Below are positions 39,038 to 47,922 of a stretch of 64,000 bases of DNA, in pieces (position 1 is the first letter of the stretch; each line of letters opens with the position of its first letter). The notes beneath the pieces are model-generated. The model saw only the letters and a program-made list of their open reading frames with translations. It was not told the DNA's origin and did not search any database. The DNA is from an uncultured Erysipelotrichaceae bacterium (GTDB lineage: Bacteria; Bacillota_I; Bacilli_A; RF39; UBA660). Position numbers and translations under genes: made by a program. The stretch lies in contig CACWWC010000004.1 in assembly GCA_902764545.1 (NCBI GenBank), forward strand, positions 1,746 to 65,745, given 5' to 3'.

Positions 39038-39112
39038 TGGAGCGAATGAGGGGAATTGAACCCCCATCACAGCCTTGGCAAGGCCGTATTCTAACCATTG
39101 AACCACATTCGC
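39038..39112 (-). tRNA. tRNA-Gly (anticodon GCC)
   Basis: The reverse complement gcgaatgtggttcaatggttagaatacggccttGCCaaggctgtgatgggggttcaattcccctcattcgctcca folds as a cloverleaf with an encoded CCA. Confidence 0.9.
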
Positions 39113-39117
39113 ATACA

Positions 39118-39191
39118 TGGAGGGGCCTACCGGATTTGAACCGGTGATCAGGGTGTTGCAGACCCACGCCTTACCACTTGGCTAAAGCCCC
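39118..39191 (-). tRNA. tRNA-Cys (anticodon GCA)
   Basis: The reverse complement ggggctttagccaagtggtaaggcgtgggtctGCAacaccctgatcaccggttcaaatccggtaggcccctcca has a 7-bp acceptor stem, a T-loop ggttcaaatcc and an encoded CCA. Confidence 0.9.
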
Positions 39192-39203
39192 ATTGCATTT
39201 AAT

Positions 39204-39232
39204 ATTATATCAGACAAGAATTTAAAATTCAA
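39204..39232 (-). promoter_or_regulatory. sigma-A type promoter for the tRNA-Cys/tRNA-Gly pair
   Basis: The minus strand reads TTGAAT, a 17-nt spacer, then TATAAT, ending 12 nt upstream of tRNA-Cys. Confidence 0.6.
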
Positions 39233-39242
39233 CATAATTAAT

Positions 39243-39269
39243 AAAAAAAGAAGTATTTTTTAATACTTC
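39243..39269 (-). terminator. rho-independent terminator of the 39260..40468 gene
   Basis: Hairpin gaagtatt/aatacttc with loop tttt, followed by a U7 run on the minus strand. It overlaps the stop codon. Confidence 0.7.
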
Positions 39270-40468
39270 CATAATTCTATTATATTATTATAATTGTATT
39301 TCAATTCATTATATTCTAATATTTTTTTTAGTCCATCATTTTCACTATAATGGTACAATATATCATCTTTAATTAACACAATATCATTTTCATATATATA
39401 CCATGTTGATACATTGTTTAATGTAAATAATAAAACCTTATTGTAATTATTCTTTTTATAATAGAATTCATTATTATCTTTTATATATCTATAATCTTTA
39501 TTGATAATCTGCTCAGTATTATTTAATTCTTTTCTTTCAATAAATAATTGTTTATTCATGAAATAATCACTTTTATTTAATACTTTCCTTTTACCTTTGT
39601 TATAGTATATATATCCGCCTTCCTCATTTCCAATTTCTTTAAGTTCTTGTTTACTTACATTCAGTGTATACTCCTTTTTACTTTTGTTATCAGTTAAATA
39701 TATTAAATCATTTTCTACTCCATTTATATATGTATCTTTTGATAATTTCTCTTTTAATTTAAAGTTTTTTAGTTTTTCTTTTTTTAAGTCATAATAATAA
39801 ACTTTCTCTATATTTAATACACTTGAATTATCAAATAGAACAAAATATTTTGAAGTTACTGTTTTCATGACATTGTCGTATATGTCATAATCTAATATTT
39901 TAATATAGTTATTTTCTCTATTATCAAAAGTATATATTCCTTTATAATCCCATACGATGTATTTATAATTATTTAAAATATTATTTTTGTATTTTTGTAT
40001 TTTCTTATAGCTTTCGGTATTTGATTTTTCTATTGGTATGTTAATGTTTATATGTTCCTTTTTTAATTTATTTAAAATATTTTTATAAGATTTATTATTT
40101 TTTAGATAGTAGTTTGATACTTGTTGATTATTCATTTGACAGTAAATATTTTTTTGAAGATTTGTTTTATACTTTGGTAGTATACATGTTACATTACCAT
40201 CTTTATATAATTTAATGCCGCTTAATATCTTCTTTTGTTTGTGAAGATTTTTTTGTATTGTATATGTTATTTCAATTTTTTTATTCTTAATGTTAATATC
40301 ATAATAATGTTTTTTGTTATCAATATAAAATGTTTCTTTAATTTTGTAGTTGTCTTTCGTATATGTTATTTTATGTTCTTTAGTAAATATTTTTACTATT
40401 ACTGGAATAATCATTATTATTGTAATTATTATTAGATAATATTTATACCTCTTCAATTTTACCACCAT
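39260..40468 (-). CDS. membrane-anchored K/N/Y-rich hypothetical protein
   Basis: 402 aa with an N-terminal TM segment 'YYLIIITIIMIIPVIVKIF'. The rest is low-complexity and beta-rich in character. Confidence 0.5.
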   Translation of the reverse strand: MVVKLKRYKYYLIIITIIMIIPVIVKIFTKEHKITYTKDNYKIKETFYIDNKKHYYDINIKNKKIEITYTIQKNLHKQKKILSGIKLYKDGNVTCILPKYKTNLQKNIYCQMNNQQVSNYYLKNNKSYKNILNKLKKEHININIPIEKSNTESYKKIQKYKNNILNNYKYIVWDYKGIYTFDNRENNYIKILDYDIYDNVMKTVTSKYFVLFDNSSVLNIEKVYYYDLKKEKLKNFKLKEKLSKDTYINGVENDLIYLTDNKSKKEYTLNVSKQELKEIGNEEGGYIYYNKGKRKVLNKSDYFMNKQLFIERKELNNTEQIINKDYRYIKDNNEFYYKKNNYNKVLLFTLNNVSTWYIYENDIVLIKDDILYHYSENDGLKKILEYNELKYNYNNIIELWKY

Positions 40469-40510
40469 CTAAATTATAGCAAAATAAAAGACTAGTATCT
40501 AGCCTATTTA

Positions 40511-40960
40511 TTAAAAATTAGTCTCTTCTCGTGGTGGGTATTTTTTCTTTTCTTCCATCATATAACTTGATATTTCTGTTTCAATTTCTCTCAATGCTTC
40601 TTTACTTATATTTGATAATGTAACAAATTCCTTTATTGTATCTATGTATACTTTTCCCCAGAAAATACCACTTGATATTTTTAAATCATTGTACATATCT
40701 GGAGTAATAGAATTTAAGAAATATCCAATTAATACTCTTTTTCTTCCAATTAGAATTCTCTTATTTGTCAGAGCGATAACAGCACTTCCAAATATATTAA
40801 ATGGATTATCATTCTTTTGTGCAATAAAAGCATATTCCACTATTTCATCTGGATTCAGATGCATTTCTACAACTGATGAGTTTTGTTTAAGGCGCCAACC
40901 TATTGTCCATGGATGTCTTTCTTTAAACTCTAATACCTTTTTGTATACTGAATTTTCCAT
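40511..40960 (-). CDS. bacterial PH-domain-like protein (putative)
   Basis: 'DEIVEYAFIAQKN...SAVIALTNKRILIG...' resembles YokE/bPH-type domains. Confidence 0.4.
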   Translation of the reverse strand: MENSVYKKVLEFKERHPWTIGWRLKQNSSVVEMHLNPDEIVEYAFIAQKNDNPFNIFGSAVIALTNKRILIGRKRVLIGYFLNSITPDMYNDLKISSGIFWGKVYIDTIKEFVTLSNISKEALREIETEISSYMMEEKKKYPPREETNF

Positions 40961-40968
40961 ATTATCAC

Positions 40969-41490
40969 CTAACCTATAAATCCGTTATTTTTAATAAAAT
41001 CTATATAGTGTTCTCTGTCTGTTAGACCATCAACTTTATCATTTATTTGATTATTGCTTACTACAAGTAATAATGGCGTTCCAAATCCTTCTTCAAAGAA
41101 TTCATCAGAATGAATAAAATTATTTTGATCATCTTCAGAAAATTCATCTGTATTTAAATAGTTAATATCTATATTATATTCATAGGCAATACTTTGAATA
41201 ATTGGTTCTGCTATTTGGCAATATGAACAAGTTGGTCTAGCAACTAATACTAACTGTTTTTCACTTCCACTATAAAATTCCAAATATTTTGTAACATCTA
41301 TGGATAAAAATGATTTTTTTTCTGACTCTTTTACATTATTACTTTCTTTTTGAGCATTTTCAATAATTGTATCTACATCATTTGATAGTTTTGTGTCTTT
41401 GTCATTATCTTTTATATTAAATGAAATTATAAGTAATATTACTATTAATACGACGGTTCCTATTACTATTAGTTTTTTCTTATTTTCCAT
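40969..41490 (-). CDS. membrane-anchored thioredoxin-family protein
   Basis: N-terminal TM segment and the CxxC active site in 'ARPTCSYCQIAEP'. Confidence 0.7.
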   Translation of the reverse strand: MENKKKLIVIGTVVLIVILLIISFNIKDNDKDTKLSNDVDTIIENAQKESNNVKESEKKSFLSIDVTKYLEFYSGSEKQLVLVARPTCSYCQIAEPIIQSIAYEYNIDINYLNTDEFSEDDQNNFIHSDEFFEEGFGTPLLLVVSNNQINDKVDGLTDREHYIDFIKNNGFIG

Positions 41491-41538
41491 ATGTTTTCTC
41501 CTATCTAAATCATATATAATAATTTGTTATAAGTCAAA

Positions 41539-43128
41539 TTATTTTTCAACTCTATCAATATACTCTTCATATGGAATTTGTCTATCAACTATTTTTCCAT
41601 TATCTAATATTTCAATTACCCTATTACTTACTGTTGAATTTAATTCATAATCACGTGATGTAAACAATAATTCTCCTTTAAAATTACATAATCCTTTATT
41701 TAATGAGGTTATACTTTCAAGATCTAAATGGTTTGTTGGCTCATCCAATATTAGAAAATTTGGTTCTTCTAACATTATTTTAGAAAGCATGCATCTTGCT
41801 TTTTCTCCTCCTGATAGTACTTTTACTTTTTTGAATACATCTTCACCGGAAAATAACATCCTTCCTAAAAATCCTCTAAGTATAGTTTCATCCTTGATGT
41901 CATAAAAAGTGCCAATCCACTCCATAATATTTTTTTCTGTGTCAAAATATTCATTATTATCTTGTGGAAGATAGCCAGGATTTATGGTCTTACCCCACTC
42001 AATACTTCCTTTATCATATTTTTCTTTTCCTATTAAAATATTAAATAATGTTGTTTTTACCATATCGTCCTTGGCTAAAATACATATTTTGTCTCCCTTT
42101 AAGACGGTAAATGATATTTTATCTAAAATCTTTTTTCCATCAACAATTTTTGTAAGATTTTCTACTTTCAAAATTTCTTTTCCTGCTGGTTTTTCTATTT
42201 TGAAATCAACATATGGATATTTTCTACTACTTGGTACTATTTCGTCTAATTGTATTTTCTCCAACATTTTTTTACGGGATGTTGCTTGTTTTGATTTTGA
42301 TGCATTTGCGGAAAACCTGGCAATAAATGATTGAAGTTCTTTAATTTTTTCTTCTTTTTTCTTATTTGATTCTCTCATTTGTCTTTGTAGTAGTTCACTA
42401 GATTCATACCAGAAGTCATAATTTCCAATATATAATTTAATTTTTGAATAGTCTATATCTGCAATATGAGTACATACTTTATTTAGAAAATGTCTATCAT
42501 GCGAAACTATTATTACTGTATTATTAAAGTTTATTAAAAATTCCTCAAGCCACCTAATTGCTTCAATATCAAGTGAGTTTGTAGGCTCATCTAACAGTAA
42601 TATATCTGGGTTCCCAAATAATGCCTGTGCTAGTAATATTTTTACACGTAGTTTAACAGGTAATTCGGACATTGTCATATAGTGATATTCCTCACTTACT
42701 CCTAAGTTATTTAACAATTGTGCCGCATCTGGTTCTGCATTCCAGCCATCTAAATCCATAAACTCTGCTTCCAAATTTGCAAGTTTCATTCCATCTTCGT
42801 CTGTAAATTCTGTTTGTTGGTACATTTTATCTTTTTCTTCCATTATTTCATATAATTTTGTATTTCCCATAATTACAACATCAATTACTCTTTTATCATC
42901 ATATTGATAGTGATCTTGTTTTAAAATTGATATTCTTTCACCTTTTGAAACTGTTATTTCTCCTGTAGTTGTATCTAATTCGCCGCTCAACAGTTTTAAA
43001 AAAGTAGATTTTCCACTTCCGTTTGCCCCTATCAATCCATAACAATTTCCATTAGTAAATTTTATATTTACATCTTCAAATAGAACTCTTTTTCCAAATT
43101 TTAAACTAACATTATTTACTTGTATCAT
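41539..43128 (-). CDS. ABC-F family ATPase (two ABC cassettes, no TM domain)
   Basis: Walker A 'GANGSGKST', a second 'LSGGEKAR' signature with 'LILDEPTNHLD', and an inter-domain linker 'RQMRESNKKKEEKIKELQSFIARF'. Confidence 0.85.
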   Translation of the reverse strand: MIQVNNVSLKFGKRVLFEDVNIKFTNGNCYGLIGANGSGKSTFLKLLSGELDTTTGEITVSKGERISILKQDHYQYDDKRVIDVVIMGNTKLYEIMEEKDKMYQQTEFTDEDGMKLANLEAEFMDLDGWNAEPDAAQLLNNLGVSEEYHYMTMSELPVKLRVKILLAQALFGNPDILLLDEPTNSLDIEAIRWLEEFLINFNNTVIIVSHDRHFLNKVCTHIADIDYSKIKLYIGNYDFWYESSELLQRQMRESNKKKEEKIKELQSFIARFSANASKSKQATSRKKMLEKIQLDEIVPSSRKYPYVDFKIEKPAGKEILKVENLTKIVDGKKILDKISFTVLKGDKICILAKDDMVKTTLFNILIGKEKYDKGSIEWGKTINPGYLPQDNNEYFDTEKNIMEWIGTFYDIKDETILRGFLGRMLFSGEDVFKKVKVLSGGEKARCMLSKIMLEEPNFLILDEPTNHLDLESITSLNKGLCNFKGELLFTSRDYELNSTVSNRVIEILDNGKIVDRQIPYEEYIDRVEK

Positions 43129-43165
43129 AAAATCACCTCAAAACTTACTTTATTTTACAATAAAT

Positions 43166-43194
43166 AATAAGAAAAGACAAGCAATGCTTGTCTT
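43166..43194 (-). terminator. rho-independent terminator
   Basis: Hairpin aagacaagc/gcttgtctt with loop aat, followed by a U-rich tract on the minus strand. Confidence 0.65.
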
Positions 43195-43864
43195 ATAAAG
43201 CTTTAATCATTTCTTTAATATTTGATTTATCATCTATTATATAATCTAAGTATTCACTTGGTTTTTGTTCATTATCTTTTAAAGATAATAATTCTCTAAA
43301 TTGAGAAATATTTGATTTTGAAAAATTCATGGTTCTCAATTCTTTAGCAAATAATTCTGATAATAAAAGATAAATTTGATATTGATTAACTCTATTTAAA
43401 TCTTCTGTTGGTGCTAAAGATAATTTAGTATATTTACTAGGATCTGATAGATATAGTTTGCCATTAAATATTGTATTTTCTGGAGATACATCACTTAGTA
43501 AAATATTGTTTGCACTGATTTCTTCAACGTCTTCTTCTAGTTCTCGTATTGAACAAACAAGTTCATCTTTAGGCGTTGTGACCATTTTCTTTTTTGTGCC
43601 TTTTTTTGGTATTCTATTTAATGTATAACCTGAAAATGTATTACCACACATTAATAATCTTTTTGGCAATAGTATTCTTTTTGTATGAATTTTTGTCATT
43701 GTTTTAGCAGTGTCATGATCTATTTGAGGTTTTATTTCACCATCAAATACTTTTAATACTTCACTTCCATATCTGTATATATTCCCTGTTTTTCCTTTAG
43801 CAATTAATGGTATTTCTTTTCTAGAAGCTAAGTTAATCGCTTTATTATCTATTCTAAACTCCAT
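43193..43864 (-). CDS. atypical kinase-like protein
   Basis: 'GKTGNIYRYGSEVLKVF', 'NILLSDVSPENTIF' and 'LYLSDPS' give a G-loop/Lys, catalytic-loop-like and DFG-like arrangement. Confidence 0.4.
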   Translation of the reverse strand: MEFRIDNKAINLASRKEIPLIAKGKTGNIYRYGSEVLKVFDGEIKPQIDHDTAKTMTKIHTKRILLPKRLLMCGNTFSGYTLNRIPKKGTKKKMVTTPKDELVCSIRELEEDVEEISANNILLSDVSPENTIFNGKLYLSDPSKYTKLSLAPTEDLNRVNQYQIYLLLSELFAKELRTMNFSKSNISQFRELLSLKDNEQKPSEYLDYIIDDKSNIKEMIKAL

Positions 43865-43905
43865 AAAGACCGTCCTTTTTTCAAAATATTATAACACTTA
43901 TAATT

Positions 43906-44499
43906 TTATTTTCTATAAAAACTTGATATAAACTTGGCAAATTCATATAGAATAATATTGCTTTTATTTATTGCGAAACTTTTTCCTATGGCTTTCCCGC
44001 CTATTGTCAATGAGGCAATTACCGCAGCAATCATCAGTCCTGTAAAAAGAAGATTATAGTTAAACTTTTCTACCAATATTGCAGTTATAGTTGTTCCTGC
44101 TGCACCCGAGACTATTCCACATATATCTCCAATTACGTCACAGCAAAAACTTGATACTTTTTCAGCATTTTTTTTAAATTTTACCGCTACGGATGCGCCT
44201 TTTACTTTTCTCGAATTCATTGAGTGAAAAACTGCTTCGTCTGCTGTTGTAACCGATACACCTATTATATCAAATAATATTCCTAAAAAAATAAATAATA
44301 AAGTTATAATCACACCTAACCATAAAGACAAATTAGGTATCGTCATTTGGGAGACAAATGATAATGTAAATGATATCACAAAAGATAGAGCTACTATTGT
44401 AATAATCCATTTAATATCTACAGTCTCTTTTTTTATTTTTTCTTTCTTTTTTGTTACTTCAATTAAATTTTTTAATTCACTATTTTTCTTTGTTTGCAT
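43906..44499 (-). CDS. four-TM membrane protein, OapA-like by size, topology and position
   Basis: 197 aa with four hydrophobic segments and an internal repeat-like pair, 'FDIIGVSV' and 'CDVIGDICGIV'. It lies directly downstream of the large non-coding unit. Confidence 0.5.
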   Translation of the reverse strand: MQTKKNSELKNLIEVTKKKEKIKKETVDIKWIITIVALSFVISFTLSFVSQMTIPNLSLWLGVIITLLFIFLGILFDIIGVSVTTADEAVFHSMNSRKVKGASVAVKFKKNAEKVSSFCCDVIGDICGIVSGAAGTTITAILVEKFNYNLLFTGLMIAAVIASLTIGGKAIGKSFAINKSNIILYEFAKFISSFYRK

Positions 44500-44524
44500 A
44501 TTTAACTCCTATGTCTATTATATC

Positions 44525-44549
44525 AAAAAAAAAGTAGATATACTACTTT
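44525..44549 (-). terminator. rho-independent terminator ending the non-coding unit
   Basis: The minus strand reads aaagtag-tatat-ctacttt followed by U9. Confidence 0.65.
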
Positions 44550-45156
44550 ATTAACCTTCATAATTGTTTGGCGATCAATATAGTAAACTTTGAGCCTTAG
44601 GTCAAGTAGGATTTCCCTAATTCTTACATGTTCGTTACCAAACATGCGGTTCCCCTTTAAAAGAATTAATATGCCGTCACCGAACTATACGACTTGATTA
44701 CCACTTAGTGCCCACTGCAATCCTATAATGAAGTACACCCTAGGAGATTTCCTCTCCAATCCTTTATTATTAATCCTTTTTTGCAAAAATAATTTCAAAA
44801 TGCAATATTTAATTTGAGTGGCCGCTCAAAAAAAATAAGATCACTTATCCCAATATTTTCACTCAAGACAGGCTACACTGCACATAGCTTTCGCCACAAT
44901 ACAGGTTTTATATCCTATTTCGTAACAAATCATCAGTAGTTATTAGTTGATTTGCCACAAGAATAGGTCTCCACGAATTGTGGGTCGATATCTCGTATGC
45001 CGTTACGAGTTGCCCAGAATTCTCATCTCCAGCATCCACCCCAAACTGGGCGTAAGAAGCAGACACCAAAGGTTTCACAGATATGCCCTTTAACGAATTT
45101 TTAAGCTCGTCTTCCTAATAAAGTAATTGACTAGAATAATGTGCCATCAATTACTT
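44525..45156 (-). ncRNA. large structured non-coding RNA candidate (about 630 nt; OLE-like by length and synteny)
   Basis: No ORF of 60 aa or more on either strand. G+C is visibly higher than the flanks (for example 25/60 in 44941-45000). It has its own consensus promoter and terminator and many local hairpins. Confidence 0.55.
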
Positions 45157-45160
45157 GTTA

Positions 45161-45189
45161 ATTATATCACTTTTTTTCATATTTGTCAA
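45161..45189 (-). promoter_or_regulatory. consensus extended -10 sigma-A promoter of the ncRNA
   Basis: The minus strand reads TTGACA, a 17-nt spacer, then TATAAT, with the spacer ending in TGa to give TGaTATAAT. Confidence 0.75.
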
Positions 45190-45247
45190 TTTTATTCTTG
45201 TTGTATCCACTAGTTTAATATATGCATTCCATTTTCCATTATGCATA

Positions 45248-46336
45248 TTATTTATATAATTTTTTGTTATCTATATATACATTGTTTGAGTTCTGATATT
45301 TTTCTTTTAAAATATTAGAAAAATAAGCATATGGAATAACTCCGTTTTCATTTAGATATTTTTCATATTCTTTATATGGTTCTTCATCATAAATTAAATT
45401 TAGTATTCCTTTATTGTATTCATATCTTTTAAGAAGATCATTATTTTCGCTAAACTTTGTATAAAAATATAAATCCATGGTTGTAACTACATTATTGTAT
45501 GCTTTTACAGATATTATTTCTTTTGTTTCGAATTCATTAAAAATCAGTTCTAGGTTGTCCATAAATTCATCTACTTGACTCTTATCTAATACTGTTCGCA
45601 AACTATCTTTTATAGATTCCATATCACCTGTTGTGTAGGAATATAATACATTATCTGGCCCTACCATATCACATAAAATTTTGATTATGCTTATTTCGAT
45701 TGGATATGTATTTTTTTCAATAAATGGATTTGTAGATACATATTCGTTTGTAAGCAACTCTGTCATTCCTTCTAATATATATTTAGGTAAATTAACTGTG
45801 TTAGGATTTGTAAATAATACATGTATTAGTTCATGCAATAATATTTCTTTATTTGCTTTATCTTTACTTTGAAAAACACTTATTTTATGATCTTTTTCTG
45901 AGTAAATTGCAAGAGTAGATTCATCATAGTTACTTGGTCTTTGAACATATTCAATTCTTAATTTTTTAAATTCATCATAAACAATTTTACCATTTATATA
46001 GGGGTTTTCTGATATGATGGGTTCTAGTGAATAAATTAATTCTTTTGTTTCATCATCTAGATTCTCATTATGTATTACTGCATGAAAAACTTTATAATTT
46101 TCGTTTCTGACTTTTATGCCAAGATGTGATTCAACTTCTTTTAACATATCTCCATCTGATATATCATTAGATGATTGATAAAGTTTTTGGGTATTTTCTT
46201 TGTAGTTATCTCCCTGCATTGTAGCGCCTATAAATATGCTTGTTGAAAGAACTACTCCACTCATTATATAGCTTAAGATGTTGTTTTTATTGAATCGTAT
46301 TTTATATGATTTTAGTTTTTCTTTAACACTAGACAT
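45248..46336 (-). CDS. membrane-anchored putative zinc metalloprotease
   Basis: N-terminal TM segment and an HExxH motif in 'LLHELIHVLF'. Confidence 0.5.
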   Translation of the reverse strand: MSSVKEKLKSYKIRFNKNNILSYIMSGVVLSTSIFIGATMQGDNYKENTQKLYQSSNDISDGDMLKEVESHLGIKVRNENYKVFHAVIHNENLDDETKELIYSLEPIISENPYINGKIVYDEFKKLRIEYVQRPSNYDESTLAIYSEKDHKISVFQSKDKANKEILLHELIHVLFTNPNTVNLPKYILEGMTELLTNEYVSTNPFIEKNTYPIEISIIKILCDMVGPDNVLYSYTTGDMESIKDSLRTVLDKSQVDEFMDNLELIFNEFETKEIISVKAYNNVVTTMDLYFYTKFSENNDLLKRYEYNKGILNLIYDEEPYKEYEKYLNENGVIPYAYFSNILKEKYQNSNNVYIDNKKLYK

Positions 46337-46406
46337 TTGAACCCCTCCAAATGTTTCTAATTATACCACAAATTATAAAAAAAAGCAAAAAAAATAAGAA
46401 GATAAT

Positions 46407-47090
46407 TTAATTATTTCTTATTTTTTCAATATACCAATTAATTTTACTTACCCAAGTTCCCGATTCTGCATATCTAGGTCCGATTGTTTCTGGTGTTGTT
46501 AGGCCTTTGGAAAAATAATTATTATATAAATTATCAATAAGTCCTACTAGGCCTTCATCTATAGATGAAAACTGCTTATAAGCTCCTCCATTGCATCCAG
46601 GAGCCCCTTTTTGTCCTCCGAAATTATAACAAGTTCTAGATAAGTTTGAACAACTTGAACCACATCCTGTTTCATGGAGAAGGATAGCTGTTGCTATATA
46701 GGGATCGACGCCTTTATTAATACATTCAGAGGCAATAATCCCTCCTTTTCCCGCAACAATATCACTTCCTAAACTTCTATTTAGTTTGTCAGATAATTCT
46801 TCAAGAGTCATACTTTCGTATACTTCTACTCTAGGAGGGACAATGACTGATGCAGGTGCTGTTTCCATTTCAACCTCTTGAAATACCATTTGTGTTGGTG
46901 ATTCTTTTTTTTCAGTATTGTTTCTCACTATCATGTTTGCACTTGCTGACATGTTTTGTATTTTAAAGTTATATATATTAGCACTTTGTTTTTCATTTAC
47001 TTTGTCACTATTTTGTATTACTAAACCGATTGAAATCATCATAACTGCAACAAAGATTGTTAGTGTGCATATTATATTTTTATTTTTCAA
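46407..47090 (-). CDS. glucosaminidase-domain peptidoglycan hydrolase (probable)
   Basis: N-terminal anchor, then 'ATAILLHETGCGSS...YNFGGQKG...YKQFSSIDEGLVGLIDNLYNNY', which resembles the mannosyl-glycoprotein endo-beta-N-acetylglucosaminidase domain. Confidence 0.55.
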   Translation of the reverse strand: MKNKNIICTLTIFVAVMMISIGLVIQNSDKVNEKQSANIYNFKIQNMSASANMIVRNNTEKKESPTQMVFQEVEMETAPASVIVPPRVEVYESMTLEELSDKLNRSLGSDIVAGKGGIIASECINKGVDPYIATAILLHETGCGSSCSNLSRTCYNFGGQKGAPGCNGGAYKQFSSIDEGLVGLIDNLYNNYFSKGLTTPETIGPRYAESGTWVSKINWYIEKIRNN

Positions 47091-47179
47091 TTTAATTCAC
47101 CTCAAATAATCTTTATTTGATAAAGTTATTCTAATATAAAAAGGGCATGTTGTCAAATTATGTTATAATTTGATTGGTG

Positions 47180-47914
47180 ATGTATATGGAGGCAAAGATT
47201 AAAAGACTAATCAAGTTTATAAAAGAAAGTAACAAAATAGTATTTTTTGGTGGTGCTGGAGTTTCTACAGAATCTGGATTAAAGGATTTTAGAAGTAAGG
47301 ATGGATTATATTATGAGAAATATGATTTTCCACCTGAGGAAGTATTATCACGTCATTTTTTTTATAATAATACTTCTGAGTTTTATAGATTTTATAAAGA
47401 TAAATTGGATGTTGGTAATTTAGAACCTAATATAACCCATATAGTTTTAGTTAAACTTGAAAAAATTGGAAAACTTTCTTCTATAATTACACAAAATATT
47501 GATGGATTTCATCAGAAGGCTGGTTCTAAAAATGTATTAGAATTGCATGGTTCAATATTTAGAAATCATTGTGTTAAATGCAATAAAGAATATAGTAAAG
47601 AATATGTTTTTAACTCTTTAGATATTCCTTTATGCAGTTGTGGAGAAATTATAAAGCCTGATGTAATATTATATGAGGAAGGTCTTGATTCTGACATAGT
47701 AAGGTGCGCTATTGATGAAATTAGTAAATGTGATTTATTGATAATTGGAGGTACTAGCTTAAGTGTATATCCTGCGGCTTCTTTTATTAGATATTTTAGG
47801 GGAAAACATATGGTGCTTATCAATAGAGATTCTACGGACTATGATAATTATTGTGATTTAATAATTAATAAAAATATTGGAGATGTTTTTAAGGAAATAG
47901 AAAAAGAGATTTAG
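47180..47914 (+). CDS. cobB: NAD-dependent protein deacylase, Sir2 family
   Basis: 'FFGGAGVSTESGLKDFRS', 'TQNIDGFH', the zinc ribbon 'CVKC...CSCG', and 'GTSLSVYPA'. The start is ambiguous (47174, 47180 or 47186). Confidence 0.85.
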   Translation: MYMEAKIKRLIKFIKESNKIVFFGGAGVSTESGLKDFRSKDGLYYEKYDFPPEEVLSRHFFYNNTSEFYRFYKDKLDVGNLEPNITHIVLVKLEKIGKLSSIITQNIDGFHQKAGSKNVLELHGSIFRNHCVKCNKEYSKEYVFNSLDIPLCSCGEIIKPDVILYEEGLDSDIVRCAIDEISKCDLLIIGGTSLSVYPAASFIRYFRGKHMVLINRDSTDYDNYCDLIINKNIGDVFKEIEKEI

Positions 47915-47922
47915 AGTCTCTT

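Noticed and set aside
41539-43128. The ABC-F protein as an antibiotic-resistance (ARE) ribosome-protection factor.
   Set aside because: The domain layout alone does not separate ARE ABC-F proteins from housekeeping EttA/YdiF-type proteins. The gene sits in an ordinary chromosomal context.
44525-45156. The large non-coding region might be RNase P RNA, tmRNA or a group II intron fragment.
   Set aside because: I could not find the RNase P CR-I/CR-V strings (GAGGAAAGUCC, ACAUGGCUUA). The closest match is GAGGAAAUCUCC, inside a simple hairpin. There is no tRNA-like 3' end (GGUUCGAnUCC...CCA) for tmRNA. There is no GUGYG 5' end, no domain V consensus and no maturase ORF for a group II intron. At about 630 nt it is also too long for RNase P.
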